The notes under the pieces: generated by a model
Databases searched by the model: none
The model's input: only the letters and a program-made list of their open reading frames with translations
What the model was told of the DNA's origin: nothing
Source: Pedococcus sp.
GTDB lineage: Bacteria; Actinomycetota; Actinomycetes; Actinomycetales; Dermatophilaceae
Length of the DNA stretch: 58,043 bases
Direction: 5' to 3'
Assembly: GCA_035999925.1 (NCBI GenBank)
Contig: DASYGI010000331.1
Coordinates: 1 to 58,043, forward strand
Position numbers and translations under genes: made by a program
In this document: positions 28,443 through 35,656 of the stretch, one piece after another
Layout: each line of letters starts with the position of its first letter
Numbering within the stretch: the first letter of the stretch is position 1

Positions 28443-30850
28443 CGGCGCAGTCCCCGCCAGGTCCAGCTGGCGACCTCGGGCAGGTCGGCCAGGTTCTCAC
28501 GGATATAGGCGTCGTGATCCGCCAGTCGCTCGTCGCACAGGCGGGTCAGGTCCTCCCACCCGCTCACTCGGCGATGAGAGCGACGCAGCGCCTCCTTGGC
28601 GAGGTGGAAGCGGCTCATGCGGTTCAACACCACCATGTCGAACGGGGTGGTGGTCGTGCCCTGCTCGTTGAACCCGCGGACGTGGAACCGTCCGGGGTTG
28701 CTGCGGCCGTGGATGAGCTGATGAACAGCGCGCGGGTAGCCGTGAAACGCGAACACGACATGTCTGTCGGCGGTGAAGAGATCGTCGAACCGGCTGTCGG
28801 CAAAGCCGTGCGGATGGTCGTTCTCGGGTAACAGGGCCATGAGGTCGACGATGTTGACGAACCGGACCTTGAGCTCAGGGACGAACTCGTGGAGCAGCTC
28901 GACCGCGGCGAGGGCCTCTTCGGTGGGGACGTCCCCGGCACAAGCCAGCACGATGTCGGGCGTCTCGTCGGGACCGCAGGTGCTGGCCCAGTCCCAGATC
29001 CCGGCACCGTCGGCGCAATGGCGATGCGCTTGCTCGAGCGTGAGGTACTGAAGGTGCTTCTGCTTGTCCACGACGATGAGGTTGACGTGGTCAGTGCTTC
29101 GCAGGCAGTGGTCGGTGATCGACAGGCTGGTGTTGGCGTCTGGCGGCAACCACACCCGCACCACCCCCGGAGCCAGTGGCAGGAGGGAGTCGATGAGGCC
29201 GGGCCCTTGATGCGAGAAGCCGTTGTGGTCATTGCGCCAGCATGTCGAGGTGAGCAGGACGTTCAGCGAGGACACTGGCGCTCGCCAGCGAAGGTCTTGG
29301 GCGTGCTGAAGCCACTTCACGTGCTGAACCGCCATCGAGGCCGACACCATCGCGAACGCCTCGTACGTCGCAAACACGCCGTGACGCCCCGAGAGCACAT
29401 AGCCCTCGAGCCAGCCCTGGCACAGGTGCTCGCTGAGCACCTCCATGACGCGACCGTCCGGGCCGAGGCTCTCGTCGGTCGGCAGGAGCGGGCCCATGAA
29501 ACACCGTTCGGTCACCTCGAAGACCGACTGCAGCCGATTGCTGGCCGTCTCGTCCGGCGAGAACAGCCGGAATGTGCCGCCCCCATCGGGGCGGGCCGTC
29601 GCGGCATACAGGTCTCGCATGAGCTCGCCAGCCGACTTGGTGTTCTCGAACCAGATCTGACCCGGCGACGGCACGTCCACCTCGTAGTCCCCCAAAGGGA
29701 GTACGGGGAGTTCCTCGCGGAGCCGGCCACCGTTGGCGTACGGGGTGGCCGACATGCGTTTGTCCGCGGCCGGGGCCAGCGCGCGCAGGTCGTTCGACAG
29801 GCGCCCGTCGCCGTCGAAGAGGACGCCTGGGTCGTACCCGCGCATCCAGTGTTCGAGCATTGACAGGTGCTGGGGGTTGTCCGCGAGCCCGGAGAGGGGA
29901 ACCTGGTGGCTTCGGTTGGTCCCCCCCACCTGAACGCCGTCGACGACGGATGGTCCGGTCCAGCCCTTGGGAGTGCGCAGGATGATCGCGGGCCACGGGT
30001 GGCGGACAGGGTCGCTCGGGCCTCCGGCCCTGCGGGCGTCGTCCTGGATCTGGCGGATTCGCCGATGGGAGTCGGCCAGCGCCCCGTACAGGGCGGGAAA
30101 GACAAGGGTGGGGTCGTCACCGGAGATGGTCACGGGGTCCCAGCCCTGGCTGCGCAGGTAGCTTTCGACGTCCGCGTCGCTGGTTCGTCCGAGCACGGTG
30201 GGGCCGGCGATCTTGTAGCCGTTGAGGTGCAGGATGGGCAACACCGCTCCGTCGCGGCGTGGGTTGAGGAATGTCGGTAGGCGCCACGAGGCAGCAAGTG
30301 GCCCGGTCTCGGCCTCACCGTCGCCCACCACGCACGCCACGGTGAGGTCAGGGTGGTCGAACGCAGCGCCCGCAGCGTGGACGAGGGCGTAGCCGAGCTC
30401 GCCGCCCTCGTGGATGCTTCCCGGCGTCTGCACGCTGACGTGGCTGGGCACGCCGCCGGGCGCGGAGAACTGGCGAAAAAGAGCCAGCACCCCTGCCGCG
30501 TCGTCACCGATGTGCGGGTAGATCTCGGTGTAGGTCCCGTCTAGCCACGCCGCGGCGACGAGCGCCGGGCCGCCGTGCCCCGGACCGGTGACGTAGAGCC
30601 AGTCGGTGTCGGTGTTCCTGATATGCCTGTTGAGTAGGCAGTACAGCATCGACAGACCCGGGCTGGTGCCCCAATGACCGAGCAGACGTGGCTTGATGTG
30701 TGCGAGGCTCAGCGGTTCTCGCAGCAAGGCGTTGGCCCTCAGGTAGATCTGCCCGACTGTCAGGTAGTTGGCCGCTGCCCACCAGCGCAGGTCCAGCTCG
30801 AGGTCGTGGGCGTCATAGCGGACCTGCGGGCTGTGTGGCATGGATGTCAT
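28439..30850 (-). CDS. xfp: Xylulose-5-P/fructose-6-P phosphoketolase
   Basis: LLGHWGT, GPGHG, GSIHEGGELGY, GDGEAETG, NGYKI, LSEH, NDHNGFSHQ; ATG 30850. Confidence 0.97.
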   Translation of the reverse strand: MTSMPHSPQVRYDAHDLELDLRWWAAANYLTVGQIYLRANALLREPLSLAHIKPRLLGHWGTSPGLSMLYCLLNRHIRNTDTDWLYVTGPGHGGPALVAAAWLDGTYTEIYPHIGDDAAGVLALFRQFSAPGGVPSHVSVQTPGSIHEGGELGYALVHAAGAAFDHPDLTVACVVGDGEAETGPLAASWRLPTFLNPRRDGAVLPILHLNGYKIAGPTVLGRTSDADVESYLRSQGWDPVTISGDDPTLVFPALYGALADSHRRIRQIQDDARRAGGPSDPVRHPWPAIILRTPKGWTGPSVVDGVQVGGTNRSHQVPLSGLADNPQHLSMLEHWMRGYDPGVLFDGDGRLSNDLRALAPAADKRMSATPYANGGRLREELPVLPLGDYEVDVPSPGQIWFENTKSAGELMRDLYAATARPDGGGTFRLFSPDETASNRLQSVFEVTERCFMGPLLPTDESLGPDGRVMEVLSEHLCQGWLEGYVLSGRHGVFATYEAFAMVSASMAVQHVKWLQHAQDLRWRAPVSSLNVLLTSTCWRNDHNGFSHQGPGLIDSLLPLAPGVVRVWLPPDANTSLSITDHCLRSTDHVNLIVVDKQKHLQYLTLEQAHRHCADGAGIWDWASTCGPDETPDIVLACAGDVPTEEALAAVELLHEFVPELKVRFVNIVDLMALLPENDHPHGFADSRFDDLFTADRHVVFAFHGYPRAVHQLIHGRSNPGRFHVRGFNEQGTTTTPFDMVVLNRMSRFHLAKEALRRSHRRVSGWEDLTRLCDERLADHDAYIRENLADLPEVASWTWRGLRR

Positions 30851-30878
30851 TGGACCAACGCGACCGGCGTCGCCTCTA

Positions 30879-30892
30879 GGGCCGATGGTCCC
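30879..30892. promoter_or_regulatory. DosR-like box upstream of xfp
   Basis: TA-GGGCC-GATG-GTCCC-GA. Confidence 0.8.
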
Positions 30893-30902
30893 GAGGGGGA
30901 TC

Positions 30903-31787
30903 TCAGTCGAGAGGAGGCGTGAGGCGGATCGAGGGGACGACCACAGTCGGGCACTTCGCTCTGTGCATGACCCGGCTGCTGACGGATCCGAGCAACAGGC
31001 CCGCGAAGCCGCCGCGTCCTCGGCTGCCGACGACGAGCACCTGGGCGTTCTGCGACACCTCTTCGAGCACGACGGCCGCCTGCCCACGAACGGCTGTCGG
31101 CCGGACAGTGACGTCTGGGTACTTCTCCCGCCACCCAGCGAGCATCTCCGCAACCAAGAGCTTCTGGGTTTGCGCCACTTCGACCCACTCGTCTTCCCAT
31201 TCGGAGCCGGCCAGGAAGGGCCCGGGCTCTTCCCACCACCAGGTGTGCACGGGTACGAGCTCGGCCCCACGACTGGAGGCTTCGGCGAAAGCGAACTCCA
31301 CGGCGGGTACCGAATGCTCGACGGCATCGACGCCGACGACGACGGGGCCGGTGGCCGACCATTCGCCGGTCTCTGGGACGACCATGACGGGGCATCGCGC
31401 GTGTGATGCCACCTGGTGTGTCGTGGCCCCCAGCAACACCGAGGCGCTCAGGTCGTGGCCGCCGGCGCCGATCACGACGAGGGAGGCCGTGTGGCTCGCT
31501 TTCACGAGTGCGTGAGCGGGGTCGTCGACCTGGCTGGTGTAGGTGATGGCAAGGTTCGGGGCTGCCTGGACAGCGCGCTCGTAGCTGCGTCTCGCCAGCT
31601 GCTCGTGAGTCTGGAGCCGGTCCAGGGTCCAGGGCACCAGTCCTATGCGGGTGGCGTGCAGGATGTGAAGGGGCAGGCGTGACCGCTGGGCATGCTCGAC
31701 GGCGACGTCGAGTGCGCGGTCCGCGGTGGGACCGCCGTCTATGCCTACAACCACTGCGTGGCGCGGTGTCGATGCCGACATGCTCAT
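30903..31787 (-). CDS. Universal stress protein (two USP domains)
   Basis: VVVGIDG, GSRGRGGFAGLLLGS, HRAKCPTVVV. Confidence 0.95.
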   Translation of the reverse strand: MSMSASTPRHAVVVGIDGGPTADRALDVAVEHAQRSRLPLHILHATRIGLVPWTLDRLQTHEQLARRSYERAVQAAPNLAITYTSQVDDPAHALVKASHTASLVVIGAGGHDLSASVLLGATTHQVASHARCPVMVVPETGEWSATGPVVVGVDAVEHSVPAVEFAFAEASSRGAELVPVHTWWWEEPGPFLAGSEWEDEWVEVAQTQKLLVAEMLAGWREKYPDVTVRPTAVRGQAAVVLEEVSQNAQVLVVGSRGRGGFAGLLLGSVSSRVMHRAKCPTVVVPSIRLTPPLD

Positions 31788-31842
31788 GAGGGTCTCCTCG
31801 TCGTTGGGCTTCCACCATCCGTCGCGCGGGGCGATCCCCCTA

Positions 31843-31856
31843 GGGGCGAAAGTCCT
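31843..31856. promoter_or_regulatory. DosR-like box
   Basis: TA-GGGGC-GAAA-GTCCT-AG. Confidence 0.75.
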
Positions 31857-31890
31857 AGGCGTGTGGGGCTATTGGGTCGGCCAGGCGAAC

Positions 31891-32424
31891 CTAGATGAAC
31901 AGGAGCTGGGCGCCTTCGGTCTTCTCGATGAAGTCACTGGCGCTGATGATCCCGTCGACCTCTTGATAGAGGTCGTCCTCGGTGAGGTGGTTGAGGTCGG
32001 CTGACATGCGGCAGGCCCACAGGTGCCCACCCGAGGCGACGATCTGCTCGAGGAACTCCGGGACGTCGGGGACGTCCAGGTCGGCGATGGCCTTGCGAAG
32101 CCGGGAGGTCGCGAGATGGGTGATCCCTGGCAGGCCACCGAGACCCTGCGGCATGTGTGTCGCAGTGTTGCCCAGCGGAGTGAACTTGAGGTCGTCCATG
32201 GTCTTGGTGGTGATGATGTCGAAGCCCCAGAAGGTGAAGAACAGGTGGGTTTCGATGCCCTCGCCGAGGGCGGCATTGGCGAGGATCAGTCCGGGGTAGG
32301 CCATGTCTAGGCTCCCCTTGGAGCAGATGATGGCGAGCTTGCGACCGGTGGCGCTCTCAGTGTCGAACTGGGGGATTGTTCCGGTCACAGTGTCGGTGGT
32401 GGTGGTCTCGGTGGTGGTGGTCAT
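31891..32424 (-). CDS. DsrE/DsrF/DrsH-like (DsrE2-type) sulfur transferase
   Basis: KLAIICSKGSLDMAYP, LFFTFWG, WACRMS, QLLFI. Confidence 0.9.
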   Translation of the reverse strand: MTTTTETTTTDTVTGTIPQFDTESATGRKLAIICSKGSLDMAYPGLILANAALGEGIETHLFFTFWGFDIITTKTMDDLKFTPLGNTATHMPQGLGGLPGITHLATSRLRKAIADLDVPDVPEFLEQIVASGGHLWACRMSADLNHLTEDDLYQEVDGIISASDFIEKTEGAQLLFI

Positions 32425-32486
32425 GTCAGCTTCCTTGGTGTGACGGGCGCATGAAGGGGCGGATGATGGTGCGTCGGGCGATTGGT

Positions 32487-32801
32487 TCAGACGCAGCCGC
32501 GCGGCTTGGGGAGGCCGGCGATGTAGGCCATCTTCTTCGCGGGCTTGCCGGGGAAGAGCGCGAACAGGTCTCGGATGGGGGTGTCGCAGCGCAGGCTGGT
32601 GCGGCGCAGCGTCGCCGTTTCGCCTTGGTCGGCGAAGTCCTGGCGCAGGAAGCGCAGAATTGGCCAGTGTCGGTCAGTCAGGGTGATGCCGATCTGCTGC
32701 GCGAGGGTGCGGGCCAGGTCGTCGTCCCAGTCGGAATAGTCGGTGAGGAAGCCCTCGGCGTCGACGCTGATGTGGCGGTTTTCGAGGGTCAGGATGGGCA
32801 T
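32487..32801 (-). CDS. tusE: TusE/DsrC family sulfur relay protein (single C-terminal Cys)
   Basis: DAEGFL...W, LTDRHW, LFPGKPAKKMAYIAGLPKPRGCV. Confidence 0.9.
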   Translation of the reverse strand: MPILTLENRHISVDAEGFLTDYSDWDDDLARTLAQQIGITLTDRHWPILRFLRQDFADQGETATLRRTSLRCDTPIRDLFALFPGKPAKKMAYIAGLPKPRGCV

Positions 32802-32813
32802 GACGGGCTCCTT

Positions 32814-34052
32814 CTACTGGGGTACCGGGGTCTTTCCGGACATGGACATGCTGTTGGGAAGGGGTAGGGGCCGTCCTGGGAGCAGGACATTCCAGTAGAG
32901 CCATCGGAACGCGAGCTTTCCCAGGTGGTTGGTCCGTGTCTCTTTGAGCAGGTGGAACGGGCCGAATCCCGGTAGGGGATAGGTCCCTGGGAGTGGCTCG
33001 GTGTCGTAGTTGAAGTCGATCAGCAGGGCGTTGTTGTTTCCGGACTCGATGAAGCAGTTCGCATGCCCGTCGAACGACTCGGTCATGGGTTGGCCGTGGG
33101 TCAGGCACATGAAGTTGTCGACGAACGTGTGCGCGGCAAAGTGCGCGACGGATCCCGCCTTGGACGTGGGTAGGTCGGCGGCATCGCCGACGGCGAAGAT
33201 GTTCGGTGCGATCTTCGACGCGAACGTGTGCGGGTCGACACGTACATGGTTGAGCTCGTCCCCGAGGCCGGAACGCGCGACGAAGTCGGCGCCCATGTTC
33301 AGGGGCACGGTGACCAGCAGGTCGAACGGAACGACCCGCTGGTCGAAGGACACGAGTGTCTTGGCGACCGGGTCGATGGACTCCACGAGGAAGTCGGGCT
33401 CGGTGGCGATGGCACGGTCGGCGAGCATGTGGCCAAGGTGCTCCGACGCGACGGGCTTGGTGAAGGCCCCCGGCAGCGGGGTCACGTAGGTGAGGTCTAC
33501 CGCGTCTCGCCGACCGTTCCTGCGCAGCCAGTCGTCGGCCAGAAAGGTGAACTCCAGTGGTGCGACTGGGCACTTGATGGGCATGTCGGTGACGTGCACG
33601 ACGATGCGGCCGTGGGTGAAGTCCGCCAGAGCGCGGGCGAGTGCTGTGGCACCGTCAACGGTGTAGAAGTCGAAGATGCTCTTACGCCATTGCGGCCCGA
33701 GCATTCCCGGTGTCTGTTCGGGGCGTGGGGTGGTGCCGGAGGCGATGACCAGGTAGTCGTACGCGAGTGCGCGCCCATCGGTCAGACGCACCTGCTGGGT
33801 ATCCGGATCGATGACGTCGACGTCTCCGAGGAGAAAGGTCACCTCGTGCGCCAGCTGGGCGCGTCGTGACTTGGTGAGTTGGCGCTGGGTGTCTGGTGCG
33901 AAAGGAACCCGCAGTAGACCAGGCTGGTACACGTGGACGTCGTCGCGGTCCACGGCGGTGACTGACCATTCATCGCGTGGCAGCTGCCGTCGAAGGGTGT
34001 TGGCGATGATCGTTCCGGCGGTGCCTGTGCCGAGGATGAGCACGTTCTGCAT
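32814..34052 (-). CDS. sqr: Sulfide:quinone oxidoreductase-like flavoprotein
   Basis: GTGTAG, HVYQPG, IKCPVAPLEF, FAVGDA, KAGSVAH, FDGHANCFIESG. Confidence 0.85.
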   Translation of the reverse strand: MQNVLILGTGTAGTIIANTLRRQLPRDEWSVTAVDRDDVHVYQPGLLRVPFAPDTQRQLTKSRRAQLAHEVTFLLGDVDVIDPDTQQVRLTDGRALAYDYLVIASGTTPRPEQTPGMLGPQWRKSIFDFYTVDGATALARALADFTHGRIVVHVTDMPIKCPVAPLEFTFLADDWLRRNGRRDAVDLTYVTPLPGAFTKPVASEHLGHMLADRAIATEPDFLVESIDPVAKTLVSFDQRVVPFDLLVTVPLNMGADFVARSGLGDELNHVRVDPHTFASKIAPNIFAVGDAADLPTSKAGSVAHFAAHTFVDNFMCLTHGQPMTESFDGHANCFIESGNNNALLIDFNYDTEPLPGTYPLPGFGPFHLLKETRTNHLGKLAFRWLYWNVLLPGRPLPLPNSMSMSGKTPVPQ

Positions 34053-34109
34053 GGTGTGTGTCCGCTCCTTTGTCTCTCCAAGGCTAGGAGTCGTCGGAGG
34101 GCAGCTGCA

Positions 34110-34123
34110 GTGCCGAAAGTCCT
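34110..34123. promoter_or_regulatory. Weak DosR-like box upstream of sqr
   Basis: GTGCC-GAAA-GTCCT about 60 bp before the sqr ATG. Confidence 0.5.
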
Positions 34124-34376
34124 TTGGTGCCAGCGCTGATCACGCGGTCTAGGACGTCCCCGACAGGGCGGGGCCCTGGATGATGTGACATCTCCAGGGC
34201 CTCGTCTGCGTGGGTCGACGGCTTCCACGCTGTCCGGGTGGCTGCGGTAATCCTCCGGCCTTCGTCCAAGGCCTTCCTTGCGGGTTTCCCCGTGGTCTGG
34301 ATCTCGTCCACCTTCCGAACCGCCTCCGTTACCGGTGGCGTACTTCCTTTGTCCTCCTTCATGCTGGGCCATGACA

Positions 34377-34390
34377 GGGACCAAGGTCCT
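34377..34390. promoter_or_regulatory. DosR-like box
   Basis: CA-GGGAC-CAAG-GTCCT-GA. Confidence 0.75.
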
Positions 34391-34409
34391 GACTCTGGAG
34401 CGGCTGTGG

Positions 34410-35321
34410 TCAGCCGCGCACGATCATGACCGGGCAGGGCGCCTCGTGGATGACCGTGTGACTGACCGAGCCGAGGAGTAGCCCGGTGAAGCCACCGTGG
34501 CCGCGTGTGCCCAGGACGACCAGGCCGGCATGAGCCCCCAGAGGGCTGAGCACGTGGCCCGGACTGCCATAGAGGACTTCGGTGTCCACGCGCAGGTTCG
34601 CGTACGTGGCCCGTGCTCGCCGAGCCGCCTGCTGCACTGTCGCTTCGGCCTGCGCGCGCACCGTCTTCGTGTGGTCCGTTCCGGCCCTGGTGCTCTCGAC
34701 GTAGGCCTGAGCATCCGGGGAGAAGGAGCTGTGGGCCACGTGCACCACGTGCAGGACGGCGTCGGAGATGGCTGCCATCTCGGCCGCAAGGTCCAGGGCA
34801 CGCCTCGAGGCCTCCGAGTCGTCAACCCCGACGACGACGGGATGGTCGGGTCCCGGTTGAACTGGATGGTCGGTGCGCACCACCACCGCTGGACACGCTG
34901 CGTGCGCGGTCACCATGTAGGCGACCGAGCCCAGCAGCCCGGCCTTGAGCGGACCCCGTCCACGGCTGCCGGTCACCACGAGGTCGGCGTCCTTGGACGC
35001 GTGGACGAGCTCGGCCGCGGGGGAGCCGACTGCGGGCAGGCTCGCGACGAGCCGAGTGTCCCCCATCAGCTGCTGGGCGCGCCCGACACCGGCGGCCAGC
35101 ACTTCTCGGCCGGCCTCGCCCAGGCTCTCGGGGAGGCGGGCATAGTCGTATGCCGGCTCGATCGGTGCCGCGGCCAGGTCGACACTGTGCATCACGGTCA
35201 GGGTCGTACCCCACCGCCGCGCCGTGGCAGCAGCCCACTCCAGGGCTGCGAGGGAACCGGGGGAGTCGTCGTACCCGACGACGATTCCTTTGGACAGTCG
35301 GGGCGTTGACTTCTCGACCAT
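34410..35321 (-). CDS. Universal stress protein (two domains, both ATP motifs intact)
   Basis: GSRGRGPLKAGLLGS and GTRGHGGFTGLLLGS; AGGAGG RBS. Confidence 0.95.
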   Translation of the reverse strand: MVEKSTPRLSKGIVVGYDDSPGSLAALEWAAATARRWGTTLTVMHSVDLAAAPIEPAYDYARLPESLGEAGREVLAAGVGRAQQLMGDTRLVASLPAVGSPAAELVHASKDADLVVTGSRGRGPLKAGLLGSVAYMVTAHAACPAVVVRTDHPVQPGPDHPVVVGVDDSEASRRALDLAAEMAAISDAVLHVVHVAHSSFSPDAQAYVESTRAGTDHTKTVRAQAEATVQQAARRARATYANLRVDTEVLYGSPGHVLSPLGAHAGLVVLGTRGHGGFTGLLLGSVSHTVIHEAPCPVMIVRG

Positions 35322-35417
35322 GACGTTCCTCCTGGGCCCAGGGCCGGCTGGCTTGCCGAACTCCCGATCGGAAGCTCGGCCTGCGGAAAGCATCCGCCGG
35401 ATGGCTCCTGTGGAGGC

Positions 35418-35431
35418 AGGCCTAAGGTCCC
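35418..35431. promoter_or_regulatory. DosR-like box
   Basis: AGGCC-TAAG-GTCCC. Confidence 0.7.
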
Positions 35432-35480
35432 GGCGCAGACTGGCGCCCCGGCGGGCACGAGACCCGGGCCGATCTGGACG

Positions 35481-35570
35481 TCATTGGAGCGAGCGGACCA
35501 CGGCAACGGGACAGTGAGCGTGCTGAAGCAGCCACTCGACGGCCCCGACTGAGAGCTCGGACCCGTCCAC
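35481..35570 (-). pseudogene. Collapsed USP remnant (29 residues)
   Basis: VDGSELSVGAVEW joined in frame to LLQHAHCPVAVVRSLQ*, i.e. the first and last USP motifs. Confidence 0.75.
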
Positions 35571-35603
35571 GCTTACGGTGCCACCACTGGGGGCAGCCAC
35601 CAC

Positions 35604-35625
35604 GGGCCCAAGGTCCCGAAGGCCC
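35604..35625. promoter_or_regulatory. Overlapping DosR-like boxes upstream of the USP remnant
   Basis: GGGCC-CAAG-GTCCC (35604-35617) and GGTCC-CGAA-GGCCC (35612-35625). Confidence 0.7.
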
Positions 35626-35656
35626 CACACCGCGGGCGACGACGACTGATAGGTGA

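Noticed and set aside
28439-31327. 962-aa xfp ORF as a fusion protein
   Set aside because: The extension overlaps the USP gene in another frame and runs through the DosR-like box; homology starts near ATG 30850
32487-32801. DsrC implying dissimilatory sulfur metabolism
   Set aside because: Lacks the second conserved Cys, and no dsrAB or dsrMK in the window
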